The notes under the pieces are model-generated. The model was not told the origin of the DNA, did not search any database, and saw only the letters and a program-made list of their open reading frames with translations. From Eledone cirrhosa (Eukaryota), in contig OZ024751.1 of assembly GCA_964016885.1 (NCBI GenBank), positions 44,330,001-44,394,000 on the forward strand: a stretch of 64,000 nucleotides of DNA. The letters are read 5' to 3'. The number at the start of each line of letters is the position of its first letter. The first letter of the stretch is position 1. Positions 30,302 through 42,000 of this stretch are shown here, piece by piece. Both the position numbers and the translations under genes were made by a program.

Positions 30302-33300
30302 TATATATATATATATATATACACATTAACATCTCCACAACTGCTGCTGCTAGTGCTGCTGCTGTCACTACCACCGACTTCAAACAGTTGTACTGTTGTA
30401 TGTCTGAACCCTTTTATTAATATATTTCTAATGAAAGACTGCCTAATATTTTCAATTAATTTTTTGTTTTAATAATCAAGCATTTGGAGAGATGACAGCG
30501 GATTGGTAGTGTTGCTTAAAACGTCATACATAACAACAACACTACCCACACTATATCAAATAACAACAACACTACCCACACTATATCAAACAACAACGAC
30601 AACACTACCCACACTATATCATATAACAACAACAACACTACCCACACTATATCAAACAACAACGACAACACTACCCACACTATATCATATAACAACAACA
30701 ACACTACCCACACTATATCAAACAACAACGACAACACTACCCACACTATATCAAACAACAACGACAACACTACCCACACTATATCAAACAACAACGACAA
30801 CACTACCCACACTATATCAAACAACAACGACAACACTACCCACACTATATCAAATAACAACAACACTACCCACACTATATCAAATAACAACAACACCACC
30901 CACACTATATCAAATAACAACAACACTACCCACACTATATCAAACAACAACACTACCCACACTATATCAAACAACAACGACAACACTACCCACACTATAT
31001 CAAATAACACTACCCACCCTATATCAAATAACACTACCCACACTATATCAAATAACACTACCCACACTATATCAAACAACAACACTACTCACACTATATC
31101 AAACAACAACGACAACACTACCCACACTATATCAAACAACAACGACAACACTACCCACACTATATCATATAACAACAACAACACTACCCACACTATATCA
31201 AACAACACCACCACCCACACTATATCAAATAACAACAACACCACCCACACTATATCAAATAACAACAACACCACCCACACTATATCAAATAACAACACTA
31301 CCCACACTATATCAAACAACAACGACAACACCACCCACACTATATCAAACAACAACGACAACACTACCCACACTATATCAAATAACAACAACACCACCCA
31401 CACTATATCAAATAACAACAACACTACCCACCCTATATCAAACAACAACACTACCCACACTATATCAAACAACAACACTACCCACACTATATCAAACAAC
31501 ACCACCACCCACACTATATCAAACAACACCACCACCCACACTATATCAAACAACAACGACAACACCACCCACACTATATCAAACAACAACGACAACACCA
31601 CCCACACTATATCAAACAACACCACCACCCACACTATATCAAACAACACCACCACCCACACTATATCAAACAACACCACCACCCACACTATATCAAACAA
31701 CAACGACAACACCACCCACACTATATCAAACAACAACGACAACACCACCCACACTATATCAAACAACACCACCACCCACACTATATCAAACAACACCACC
31801 ACCCACCCTATATCAAATAACAACAACAACACTACCCACACTATATCAAACAACAACGACAACACTACTCACACTATATCAAACAACAACGACAACACCA
31901 CCCACACTATATCAAACAACAACGACAACACCACCCACACTATATCAAATAACAACAACAACACTACCCACACTATATCAAATAACGACAACACCACCCA
32001 CACTATATCAAACAACAACACTACCCACACTATATCAAACAACAACAACAACAACACCCACACTATCAAATAACAACAACAACACTACCCACACTATATC
32101 AAATAACAACAACAACACTACCCACACTATATCAAATAACAACAACACCACCCATACCACAACTAACCAACAATACGTCACAAATAACAATAATTGTTTC
32201 TACTTTAGGCACAAGGCCAGCAAATATCCAGTACATTACTGGTACTTTATTTTATCGACCCCGTAAGGATGAAAGGCAAAGTTAACCAACCATAATGGTG
32301 ACAGTAATATCGTCATGACAACAATTATCCGAATAATTACGGAGACCGGAGATGTTGGAAACAATAAAAACGTAGATTAACTACTTTATATATATAAATA
32401 AATATATGATAGAGAGAGAAGAGAGAGGAAGAGAGAGAAGAAGAGAGAGAGAGAGAAAGCGAGAGAACAAGAGAGAGGGACAGAGAGAGAGAGAGAAAGA
32501 AAGAAAGAGAGAGAAAGCGAGAGAACAAGAGAGAGGGACAGAGAGAGAGAGAGAGAAAGAAAGAAAGAGAGAGAACAAGAGAGAACAAGAGAGAGGGACA
32601 GAGAGAAAGAAAGAAAGAGAGAAAGCGAGAGAACAAGAGAGAGGGACAGAGAGAGAGAGAGGGACAGAGAGAGAGAGAGAAAGAAAGAGAGAGAAAGCGA
32701 GAGAACAAGAGAGAGGGACAGAGAGAGAGAGAGAAAGAAAGAAAGAGAGAGAACAAGAGAGAACAAGAGAGAGGGACAGAGAGAAAGAAAGAAAGAGAGA
32801 AAGCGAGAGAACAAGAGAGAGGGACAGAGAGAGAACAAGAGAGAGGGACAGAGAGAGAGAGAGAAAAAGAAAGAGAGAGAGAGAGATGAAGGTGGCGCGA
32901 AATTTAAAAAACATTAAAGTGGGAAGTGAAAGATAGAAAAATAAAAATGAAAAAGGAGGAAAAGGAAAAGTATGAAATAAAAGAAGGGTAAAGAAGAAAT
33001 AGAGAAAATAAAAAAATATATCAAAACAAAAAGAAGCCAAAATACACAGACAGCGAGAAAAGAATCGAACACACACAGATACACACTCGTACAGACAACA
33101 CACACACATACACAGACAGGCAAAAAACATCCAACACACACACACAGACAACAGCGAGAGAGAGCGAGATAGATAGAGAGAGAGAGAGAAAGAGAGTGAA
33201 AGAGAGAGACCGACAACGAGAAAAAACTCCGACAGAGAGAGAAAGAGAGTGAAAGAGAGAGACCGACAACGAGAAAAAACTCCGACAGAGAGAGAAAGAG

Positions 33301-34675
33301 AGTGAAAGAGAGAGACCGACAACGAGAAAAAACTCCGACAGAGAGAGAAAGAGAGTGAAAGAGAGAGACCGACAACGAGAAAAAACTCCGACAGAGAGAG
33401 AAAGAGAGAGAAAGAGAGAGACCGACAACGAGAAAAAACTCCGACAGAGAGAGAAAGAGAGTGAAAGAGAGAGACCGACAACGAGAAAAAACTCCGACAG
33501 AGAGAGAAAGAGAGAAAGAGAGAGACCGACAACGAGAAAAAACTCCGACAGAGAGAGAAAGAGAGTGAAAGAGAGAGACCGACAACGAGAAAAAACTCCG
33601 ACAGAGAGAGAAAGAGAGTGAAAGAGAGAGACCGACAACGAGAAAAAACTCCGACAGAGAGAGAAAGAGAGTGAAAGAGAGAGACCGACAACGAGAAAAA
33701 ACTCCGACAGAGAGAGAAAGAGAGAAAGAGAGAGACCGACAACGAGAAAAAACTCCGACAGAGAGAGAAAGAGAGTGAAAGAGAGAGACCGACAACGAGA
33801 AAAAACTCCGACAGAGAGAGAAAGAGAGTGAAAGAGAGAGACCGACAACGAGAAAAAACTCCGACAGAGAGAGAAAGAGAGTGAAAGAGAGAGACCGACA
33901 ACGAGAAAAAACTCCGACAGAGAGAGAAAGAGAGTGAAAGAGAGAGACCGACAACGAGAAAAAACTCCGACAGAGAGAGAAAGAGAGTGAAAGAGAGAGA
34001 CCGACAACGAGAAAAAACTCCGACAGAGAGAGAAAGAGAGAAAGAGAGAGACCGACAACGAGAAAAAACTCCGACAGAGAGAGAAAGAGAGTGAAAGAGA
34101 GAGACCGACAACGAGAAAAAACTCCGACAGAGAGAGAAAGAGAGTGAAAGAGAGAGACCGACAACGAGAAAAAAACTCCGACAGAGAGAGAAAGAGAGTG
34201 AAAGAGAGAGACCGACAACGAGAAAAAACTCCGACAGAGAGAGAAAGAGAGTGAAAGAGAGAGACCGACAACGAGAAAAAAACTCCGACAGAGAGAGAAA
34301 GAGAGTGAAAGAGAGAGACCGACAACGAGAAAAAACTCCGACAGAGAGAGAAAGAGAGTGAAAGAGAGAGACCGACAACGAGAAAAAAACTCCGACAGAG
34401 AGAGAAAGAGAGTGAAAGAGAGAGACCGACAACGAGAAAAAACTCCGACAGAGAGAGAAAGAGAGTGAAAGAGAGAGACCGACAACGAGAAAAAACTCCG
34501 ACAGAGAGAGAAAGAGAGTGAAAGAGAGAGACCGACAACGAGAAAAAACTCCGACAGAGAGAGAAAGAGAGTGAAAGAGAGAGACCGACAACGAGAAAAA
34601 ACTCCGACAGAGAGAGAAAGAGAGAGAAAGAGAGAGACCGACAACGAGAAAAAACTCCGAGAGAGAGAGAGAGAC

Positions 34676-34717
<42 letters not shown>

Positions 34718-34913
34718 CGACAACGAGAAAAAACTCCGACAGAGAGAGAGACAAATAGAAAAAACTCCGACACAGACAACACAGAGAAAATAAAATAAAA
34801 GGTGGAAAAGTTACCTTTAAATTTCTCGCTGAAGTAATTATCTTCATAATAACATCAGCCTCAGGATCTGATGCCAATCCAGCTTGGTTAATACTGTTCT
34901 CCAAACGATTCAT
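9915..34913 (-). CDS. ASMT-like: Acetylserotonin O-methyltransferase-like (ASMT/HIOMT family, class II SAM-dependent O-methyltransferase); 7 coding exons, 428 aa
   Basis: Hand-spliced exons all have GT-AG ends with compatible phases (0,1,1,1,1,1). Lengths 99+169+141+390+141+123+224=1287 nt, open to TAA at 9917-9915. Motifs: dimerisation domain [36 protein letters not shown]-binding [49 protein letters not shown]. Confidence 0.9.
10392..10537. repeat. Perfect 73-bp tandem duplication
   Basis: 10392-10464 equals 10465-10537. Confidence 0.9.
10965..11087 (-). CDS. ASMT-like: ASMT-like coding exon 6 ([41 protein letters not shown])
   Basis: Acceptor ttctgtttaAG, donor G|GTAAGT; 123 nt; catalytic His-Asp. 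Confidence 0.93.
11135..11436 (-). mobile_element. tRNA-derived SINE family 3
   Basis: Head CTAACCACTAAGCCATGTGCCTCC, GTGTCTTGCTCAAGG, internal TTCTACAGCTGGATGCCCTTCCT; a related 3' part lies at 26985-27210 (+). Confidence 0.6.
11706..11895 (-). mobile_element. Full-length tRNA-derived SINE (family 1) with target-site duplication
   Basis: A box TGGCAGTATTGG, B box GAGTTCAAATC, body GCCTTTCATCCTTACAGGGTCGATAAAATAAAGTACCAG; direct repeat AAGGGTAAATAAT on both sides. Confidence 0.85.
11920..12060 (-). CDS. ASMT-like: ASMT-like coding exon 5 ([47 protein letters not shown])
   Basis: Acceptor tattacAG, donor G|GTAAGG; 141 nt; SAM-binding motifs. Confidence 0.93.
12257..12646 (-). CDS. ASMT-like: ASMT-like coding exon 4 (includes N/G/T-rich insertion; ends [14 protein letters not shown])
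   Basis: Acceptor ttttctccAG, donor G|GTACGT; 390 nt, phase 1-1, fully open. Confidence 0.88.
13031..13171 (-). CDS. ASMT-like: ASMT-like coding exon 3 ([47 protein letters not shown])
   Basis: Acceptor tatttatAG, donor G|GTACGT; 141 nt, phase 1-1; Y-x-N-T...YL motif. Confidence 0.88.
13329..14309 (-). mobile_element. 5'-truncated non-LTR retrotransposon, Tx1/L1 clade (ORF2 C-terminus with CCHC zinc knuckle + 3' UTR)
   Basis: GC-rich uninterrupted frame 14309-13593 with [39 protein letters not shown] (zf-RVT-type C-terminus). AATAAA at 13341-13336. Both flanks are (TAGA)n. Confidence 0.88.
14686..14854 (-). CDS. ASMT-like: ASMT-like coding exon 2 ([56 protein letters not shown])
   Basis: Acceptor ttaacAG at 14856-14855, donor G|GTAATA at 14685; 169 nt; O-methyltransferase dimerisation domain. 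Confidence 0.9.
16150..16445 (-). mobile_element. SINE family 2 copy
   Basis: Aligns with 37255-37560. Confidence 0.7.
17908..18053 (+). mobile_element. Fold-back element family D
   Basis: ATAACAGATTAAAGTTTAAGCAAAGAA / TTCTTTGCTTAAACTTTAATCAGTTAT arms; tail CTTTGGATTTTAGTCTTCA; (TA)n flanks. Confidence 0.7.
18357..18445 (-). ncRNA. Type-I hammerhead ribozyme motif with extended stem II
   Basis: AAGCGC-CUGAAGA-U-GGGU...GCCU-U-GAAA-UC(UUG)GG-UA|GCGCUU. 6-bp stem I, intact core, GUA triplet, AAUAAA shortly downstream. Confidence 0.5.
18451..18639 (+). mobile_element. Fold-back element family C
   Basis: Inverted arms 18451-18499 / 18522-18570 (CTTCTACAGGACTAGAACTGTTTCATTCG); tail TACTCTGCTATGTATTGAGTAC. 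Confidence 0.75.
21270..21873. repeat. ~30-bp minisatellite GTGTGTGTATGCGTGTGACTATGTGGGACT
   Basis: Direct inspection. Confidence 0.92.
22090..23606. repeat. (CCA/ACA/CTA)n trinucleotide-derived satellite with 258-bp higher-order repeat
   Basis: Marker CCGTTACT recurs with its G at 22789, 23047 and 23305. Confidence 0.9.
24197..24900. repeat. (GT)n and 18-bp GTGTGCGTGAGTGTGAAT minisatellite
   Basis: Direct inspection. Confidence 0.92.
27282..27712. repeat. 12-bp GTGTGTGTAGGT minisatellite
   Basis: Direct inspection. Confidence 0.92.
28196..28345 (+). mobile_element. Family D element (one arm + tail)
   Basis: First ~50 nt identical to the 17908 copy, with the same CTTTGGATTTTAGTCTTCA tail. 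Confidence 0.7.
30530..32155. repeat. ~24-33-bp minisatellite (AAC)nACTACCCACACTATATCAAA
   Basis: More than 50 units whose lengths differ by AAC triplets. Confidence 0.93.
32189..32286 (-). mobile_element. Partial family-1 SINE
   Basis: 3' half of the consensus. Confidence 0.75.
33180..34770. repeat. 53-bp purine-rich minisatellite (ACCGACAACGAGAAAAAACTCCGACAGAGAGAGAAAGAGAGTGAAAGAGAGAG)
   Basis: About 29 near-identical units ending about 45 bp from the exon-1 donor. Confidence 0.95.
34815..34913 (-). CDS. ASMT-like: ASMT-like coding exon 1 ([33 protein letters not shown])
   Basis: ATG at 34913-34911 and donor AAG|GTAACT at 34814, phase 0. Joins [12 protein letters not shown] to give the N-terminal helix expected of ASMT. 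The frame stays open upstream to a candidate acceptor (ttcatcaacag) ending at 35012, so the exon may start at 35011. Confidence 0.7.
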
Positions 34914-35861
34914 TTTCGTAATTGTTGTTGTTCTACTTTGTTCTATTTCTCCGGATGAATTCTTCAAATCGTGATCAATTCTTGAACCACTCTGATGAAT
35001 TTCCTCAAGCACTGTTGATGAAATGTTACTCTCTCTATTTATTATTTTTTTTTTGCGGGTGGTGATGCCCGTTGTTTATGTTTTATTGGTTAATGTGAAA
35101 TCCACTTTCTGTCAGTCTTTTCCTGTAAAAATTATACCGTGGGTGGTTGTAGGTGGTTGATTACAATAATTACGATGATTATTTTGGTCTCTTGGGATAT
35201 TCTTGGGGGCGATTCCGGAAAAAGTTTCTGTTAAAATAATAAATAACGATGGTATTTTTAAATTGTAACTTATACGTATTTTACCCAATTGCATGTATTA
35301 TAGAAACATAATATTAATACCAATAAAAGTAATAAAAATAATACAAGGAAATGGAGAAATTATCCAAAAATAAAGATCTGGAAATAGAAATAACTCGAAT
35401 GGAGACGATGGAAATAACTAAATGCCATAGAATATTTTGTCCAACGCTCTACCGATTCTGTCAATTCACCGTCCTTCAATAAGGATTTCTATTTTAGACA
35501 CAAGGCTTACAATTTGTGGGAAAGGGGAAGTCGACTCCAGTAGTTTACTGGTACTTTATCTCATCGCCCTCGGATGGATAAAAGGCAAAGCTCATTTCAA
35601 TGATTTGAAATGAGTAAAGAGTAGATCACACACATCTCTAACGATTCTACCAATCTCCTCTCAATCGTTTCTAACATGGACACAAAGTCAGAAAATTATG
35701 TGATTTGAGGTGTTAATCGCTTAAATTGATCCTGATACATTTTTTTTTATTGAGCCTGGGAAGATTAAAGGTAAATCTTCCCTCAGCAGGATTTGATCTC
35801 GGAACGTGAAGTACTAAAACACATATAAGGCATATCCGATTCGCTAAGGAATCTCCTAAAC

Positions 35862-36005
35862 CAGTCCTGGGCAAACTGCGGCCCGTTTGGCTTCCTAAAT
35901 GCCACGCCTAATTTCAAAATTGCCTTGAAATTTTTAGTAGTGCGTCCTGCCTTATGATGATTCACATCCTATGCGGCCCACTGCTCGACAGTTTGCCCAT
36001 GTCAA
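35862..36005. mobile_element. hAT-type MITE
   Basis: CAGTCCTGGGCAAACTGCGGCCC ... GCGGCCC..CAGTTTGCCCATGTC TIRs; degenerate 8-bp TSD TCCTAAAC/CCCTACAC. Confidence 0.65.
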
Positions 36006-36603
36006 CCCTACACCATCGCCCTTGGCCACGGGGGCGGGGGTTGAACTCAGAACATAATTTCTAACATAAGCAGAAGGCCAGGAATTTTGGTGGGTGAGAA
36101 CTGTCAATTTAGGTATAAAACCAACATTTTTGGGGGAGAGGAAAGTCGACTACAATGAACTCATATGACGTACTTTATTTTAATAGATCCAGAAAGGATA
36201 TGAAAAGTTGAACTCGGTGGGATTTGAATTTAGAACGTAACGAGCCTAAACAAATAGTAGAATAAGAAGAATCATTTGTTGGCAAAGAATATGTACAGGG
36301 AACTGTGAGAAGCTGAACAAATTATTTTGTCACAAGGAAGAGTTTAAGTTGTCGTACAAGAAGACCCTTTCAATGAAGATTGATGAAAATATTTCAATTT
36401 TAGAATCACACGACCACATATATAGGTTGGGGTCGATATAGATTATGTATATCAATTTTTAATGGGAGTATAAAGCATTGACATTTCTAAGAGGTTTCTA
36501 TTTGATTATATCAACTCCAGTATCTCTTTGTTAACCCCCGGGAGAAGAAATCGTCAAGTCGACCACAGCAAAATTTGAACTCAGACCGTAAAGAGACAAC
36601 ATA

Positions 36604-36831
36604 TTATTGCAAGCTATGTGACTGTATTGCAAGCTATGTGACTATGTATTTCAAGCTATGTGACTATGTATTTCAAGCTATGTGACTATGTATTTCAAGC
36701 TATGTGACTATGTATTTCAAGCTATGTGACTATGTATTTCAAGCTATGTGACTATGTATTGCAAGCTATGTGACTATGTATTGCAAGCTATGTGACTATG
36801 TATTGCAAGCTATGTGACTATGCATTGCAAG
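36604..36831. repeat. 22-bp minisatellite TATT(T/G)CAAGCTATGTGACTATG inside a family-1 SINE
   Basis: About 10 units between TTTGAACTCAGACCGTAAA and the degenerate SINE 5' end. Confidence 0.9.
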
Positions 36832-37254
36832 ACATTTTATCTCGACTTTCTATCATTGTTGCCACTAATATCATCATCAATACCATTCATCTCACTTTAA
36901 AGCAGGTAGAACACGTAAGAAAAAGACGGATGGTCACGCCTGGAATGCTTATGACGGTAGGTCTGCTGAATCAGGGCTCTCTCATAGGGCTAAATGGCAA
37001 CAACAAATAACCCCAACTGTTTCTACCGAATTGATTTCTTGACTTGCAAGAAATTGCAGCCAAATCTTCCTCAGTTACAAACCTTACTGTCTTCAAAAAT
37101 ATATAAATCTTCAAGACAAGCAAATTTACTGAATATGATATGACAGAAAAGTTGACGGGGTGGTCACGGCTAGAACGCTGGCCGGTGGAACGATACATTC
37201 TTGACCCCCCCCCCCCCCATCGCACACAATAATATTCCTCCAAGTATCTTGGAC

Positions 37255-37560
37255 CACGGTAATTTCCGACGAGTGTTCCAGTTGATTCAATTAACGGAAC
37301 AGCCTGGTCATGAAATTAACACACAAGTGGCTGAGTATTCCTCAGACACTTAACGTATTCCGGAGGGAGACTCAGCATGACGGTGTGACGAAGTTGCTCC
37401 CGTCCTCCTTGAATTACGGGCACAACATTATTTTACCAGCTGAGTGAACTGAAGCGACGTAAAATAAAGTGTCTTGCACAAGGACAACGTGTCACTCGCT
37501 TCAAGAATCGAACTCATTACTTTACGATCGTGAACCTAACACCCTAACCACTAAGCCACG
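37255..37560 (-). mobile_element. tRNA-derived SINE family 2
   Basis: GTTCCAGTTG..ACGGAACAGCCTG..GAAATTAAC..AAGTGGCTGAGTATTC..GTGTCTTGCACAAGGACA..AATCGAAC..CTAACCACTAAGCCACG. Related copies at 16150-16445, 39900-40080 and 59690-59860. Confidence 0.7.
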
Positions 37561-37965
37561 AACCGTCACAATTTCTCCCATAACTAACTCTATGGGAGTT
37601 GGATTTGTGGGCAGCGCGCCTCATCGTTTAGGCGACTACCTGTTGACCTGGGGCTAAACAACAATAGTAACAAAAAAAATCCATCAACCCCACCTCACAC
37701 CACACTGTCTATTTAGTAATTAAGAGTATTCTTGAAAATCCTATTAAGTATTTAGTATAATATATATATAGTATGTTATATCTTATCTTCTACTACATAC
37801 TTAGTGGGTGGTATAATGAGACGTGTAGTGGTACTTGTTTAGCCCTAGGACAACCCTAATCGTGCAGACCATCTAGTCGTTGGGATAGCGGTGGTGGTGG
37901 TGAGGGCAGTGACAGTAGTGGGTTGAGGGTGGAGATGGAAGGAGGGGGGACAGGACGGTTTTATA

Positions 37966-38081
37966 ATAATTGTTTCTACTTTTGGCACAAGGCCAGCAAT
38001 TACCTCAGTGCATTACTGGTACTTTTATTTTATCGACCCTGTAAAGGATGAAAGACAAAGTTAACCTCGGCGGGATTTGAA
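37966..38081 (-). mobile_element. Partial family-1 SINE
   Basis: 3' half of the consensus. Confidence 0.8.
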
Positions 38082-39109
38082 CGTATAATAATGGTAACTT
38101 TGCTGGGATGATGATGATGATGGTGGTTGTGTGGTGATCGTGGAGGGGGGTGGGATGGTTTTCTGCTGGGATCGCAATGGTGACGGGTGGTGGAAGTAGT
38201 GGGGGTGGGTAGTGGGATGGTTTTATAGTAATGGTAGTACTGCTGGGATGGCGGAGCAGGCGGGGGTGGTGCTGCGATGGTGGCTTTATAGCGATAGTGG
38301 CGGCGGAGACGGTGTTAGTAGTAGTAGTATCGAGATGGTGATAAGATGCTGGTGGTGGTAACGGCAGTGGTAGTGACGGCGAGATGGGGGTGGAGATGGT
38401 GTTTGTATAAGAGATATTAAGAAGAAACGATGAATTTGTACGAGAAAAGAAATACCGATTAGTCATGTCTTTCCGTTACTACAGAAACTGTGGTCGCTGC
38501 TGTTGATTCTGTTGATAATTACTTCGCCTAATGCAGCCGTTGTTGTATTATGTTTATATTTGTTATTTAACCCCTGGTCAACAATCAGAGGCCGTGAACT
38601 GACAGAGTCATGAGAACGTTGGGTAGAATACAATGGCCTTAGACTGTCGGTCGTATTAGGGATAATATTAATTGATAGGTAGAACATATAAAATATTTAA
38701 TAATAGGATGATATAATTATGATGAAAATCAAGACATAAATAACACATAACACATCCCTGTAACAATCTAATACAAGACAAGTTATTACAATACTGATAC
38801 AGCGTGCCGCATATACGGAGTTAGCACCATGCTATAGCATAGCTGAAGTCTGACTGAAACAAGTAAATTAATAAATGTATATGTATTTAATTGTGTAATT
38901 TGGTAAAACTGGGGGAGTTTTTCGGAGATTTTGAAGGGAGTGGATTCAAAGGAAATCAACCTTCTTTGTTTCGTTGTAATTAACCCACCCAAAATTGTCT
39001 CTTATTCCATGAAACAATCATTTTAAAGAGTTCCTTTTCAAAATTAAAATCTTCCAACTATTTAATATTAAAATCTTTTCTAAGTTATCCTACAAATAAT
39101 ATTCCGATA

Positions 39110-39392
39110 GTGGTTTCTGATTTAGACACAAGGACAACGATTTTGGGGGAGGGGAAAGTCGATTAAATCGACCCCAGTACGTTACTGGTACTTTATTTTA
39201 TCGACCCCGTGAGGATGAAAGGCAAAGGTAATCTCAGCGGGATTTGAGCTCAGAAATATTACTATAATAACGGTGTTTGATTTAAGCACGAGGCCAACAA
39301 TTTTTGACGAGGGGAAAGTTGATTAAATCGACCCCAGGACGTTACTGATACTTTATTAGCAAAGCTAATCTCGGCGTGATTTGAACTCAGAA
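39110..39392 (-). mobile_element. Two partial family-1 SINEs (long-tail variant)
   Basis: Contain GGGGAAAGTCGATTAAATCGACCCCAG plus the family-1 body. Confidence 0.75.
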
Positions 39393-40319
39393 ATAATAGT
39401 CTAATACTGAAGTAATAATTTCAGTAAGTCCGTCAAAATACTTCATTTATTTAAATAGAATATATTTCATTAAAGATATAACGAAAAGGTTAGAAAAAGA
39501 ATTCACCAAGATCTTCTCTCGTTCTTTCTTTCTCTCGCAGTCACACTGACACCGGCTGTGATAGTAGCTGGAACACTACTTATTAAATTGAAATTGTAAA
39601 CATAACAACTTGTGTGATTGACACACCCCATTTCTATAAATAATAGTGCACTGTTGACATGGCAACATACCACCGTCAGACTGACAAACCAACTTTGTGT
39701 TGATATCACACAACAAGCAGACATACTACTTATCTCGATGTCGACAACACCAGACATAGACAGACACAGACTATCTCCGGGATGTTTAAGAAAAAAAAAA
39801 CAAACAACAAAGAAATTCTGCTGTCAGCTGCCAGAATATTTCAAGTTCAACGATAACTAGCCACATACACACGTTATTACACACAACACATGGAATGGGC
39901 CTCAAGCAGTTTCGACGATGAGTGTTCCAGTTGTTTCGCTCAACAGGAACATCATGCTCATGAAATTAACATGTAAGCGGCGGATGAGTATTACACACAG
40001 ACACGTGTACTCGTAAATTTAATAATTCTCATGAAGATCCGAGGCAGATTGTGTAACGACAAGGCCATGGTTGGCCCTTTCAATTATATATATATATGTA
40101 GGTACAGTCCAGCTGATGAGGGCTTCCAGTTTCCGTCTACGCAATTTCACCCACAAGGCAATGGGTCAACTTAAGGCAAATGACACTTGTGCATTGTCAG
40201 GCCGTGGGATCGAACACCGAACCTTATGATTGAAAAGTGAACTTCTTACCCATTCAGCTATGCTATGTACCTCTCTGTAACACATCTAACAAACATCTAA
40301 AATCTGTCTCGAGGCTCGG

Positions 40320-40580
40320 AGACTCATCAGGACAGTGCTTATCCCAGATTTCCGTGGCGTGAAGCGACTGAGATTACAAGCCCCCCAAACAAGACGCCAG
40401 TCCCTCGCAGGGTTAAATCCCCAGCTATTGCTGGTATTCATTTTCAATTGAGTATACTGGAGTAACATGAAATGATGTGTTTTGCTCAAGAACACAACAC
40501 ACAACTCAGTCCAGGAATCGAACACACAACTCAGTCCAGGAATCGAACCCACAACATTATGATCGTAAGTCCTCACCACC
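40320..40580 (-). mobile_element. tRNA-derived SINE with V-SINE-like central domain
   Basis: B box GGTTCGATTCC (with a 25-bp duplication), TTGAGCAAAACAC, AACCCTGCGAGGGACTGGCGTC. Confidence 0.55.
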
Positions 40581-41263
40581 CATTAACCTCTATATGATCT
40601 ACCAACTAGCTAGAAATAGCAGCTAAGTTTCAATTACGCCACACCTTAAACAGGACACATTGGACTATGTAGTCCCTGAAACACTACACTGTCGAGATGG
40701 CCACGTCTACCTTGAAGTCACAACAACAACGTTTTCATTACTGATCCAGCGAGAGCCTCTTATGTGCTCCTTCGAACTGCTAGACAGAACAGTCAACCTT
40801 CCCTCAAATCCTTAACTGTCGTCTTTTAGAAAAGAAAGGATAAATTGCACAATGTAGTCCGCGGTGGATTGTGCCGAGGAGAAATCAATTTGAAGCAGGC
40901 ATCTGATCATTGCAGAATCAGGACTGAGTTGGTAAACAGCAACAGCGACAACAACAACGACAGCAGAAAAAATAGCAACAACAGCAACAATAGCAACAAT
41001 AGCACAATACCAACAAAAACCGCATCAACAGCAACGACAACAATGACAGCAACAACAAAACAAAAAACAAAAAACAGCTGCAACAGCAGCAATAACAACA
41101 AAAGTGACTGTCACACCTCAGTTACCGCACAACAACAACAACAAAAAAAAAATGAAAGTACTATTCCTTTCAGAAGCTGCAAAGAGATTAGTCAAGTGCC
41201 GAACCCTGGAAAATGTATTGTACCAAACAGAAAAAAAAAAAAAAATATATACATATATATATA

Positions 41264-41450
41264 TATTCATTTTATTATAGAAATGACTTCTACAGGACTA
41301 GAACCGTTTCATTCGTAAGAAATCATCAGCAAAGTCCTGCTGATTTCTTACGAATGAAAGTCATTTCTATAATAAAATATATATCTATACTGTGACGTAT
41401 TGAGTACCTATTTTAATTGGTCGCCTCTCGATTTACATCGGGATCCTACA
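41264..41450 (+). mobile_element. Fold-back element family C
   Basis: Same arms, with about 19 nt missing from the right arm; tail GTATTGAGTAC...CGGGATCCTACA; (TA)n flanks. Confidence 0.75.
41293..41339 (-). ncRNA. Hammerhead-like motif inside a fold-back element (family C)
   Basis: CAGGACUUUG-CUGAUGA-UUUC(UUAC)GAAU-GAAA-CGGUU-CUAGUCCUG. Intact core and stem I CAGGACU/AGUCCUG, but weak stems II and III. Confidence 0.45.
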
Positions 41451-41630
41451 ATATATATATATATATATATATATGCAGGGGTTATATTTAATTTTTAAAA
41501 AATTTATAACCGATATAAAGCACTCAACAGTTAGTGGAGTAAATATACAATAAATTAATAAATGGAAACTATATTTATAATATATATATATAAATATGGT
41601 TTTATAAATATAGTTTCTATTTATTAATAC

Positions 41631-41663
<33 letters not shown>

Positions 41664-41665
<2 letters not shown>

Positions 41666-41852
41666 CGAAGGAAATGTAAGGAACCAGATGGACCATAACG
41701 CACCAAAGTACTCAATACTTAGGGTACTAGAGTGGGTAATAGGAACAAGTATGACCCCGACGGCAGAGCTCAAGCCGTTTCGACGGCTTTTTCTGGACAA
41801 GAATTAGCCGTCGAAATGGCTTGAGCTCTGCCGTCGGAGTCATACTTGTTCT
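41664..41852 (-). mobile_element. Fold-back element family B
   Basis: Same tail (AACGAAGG...GTACTCAATAC) and palindrome 41741-41852; (TA)n flanks. Confidence 0.8.
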
Positions 41853-41880
41853 CATATATATATATATATTATATATATAT

Positions 41881-42000
41881 CTGAGTTCAAATCCCGCCAA
41901 GGTTAACTTTGCCTTTCATCCTTACGGGGGTCGATAAAATAAAGTACCAGTAATGCACTGGGTAATTGCTGGCCTTGTGCCAAAAAGTAGAAACAATTAT
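41881..42000 (+). mobile_element. Partial family-1 SINE
   Basis: Runs from the B box to the AGAAACAATTAT tail, between (TA)n tracts. Confidence 0.8.

Noticed and set aside
30503-32266. 587-aa mucin-like [12 protein letters not shown]
   Set aside because: A minisatellite whose units vary by AAC triplets; TTG start, no signal peptide, runs into a SINE, and lies antisense within an intron.
32381-34782. 600-780-aa Ser/Leu/Phe ORFs
   Set aside because: Products of GA-rich and 53-bp satellites; only the part above 34815 is a plausible exon.
40295-40335. CTGATGA core on the minus strand (also plus-strand CTGATGA at 40113, 59925 and 63964)
   Set aside because: No GAAA or compatible stems; located in or beside SINE bodies.
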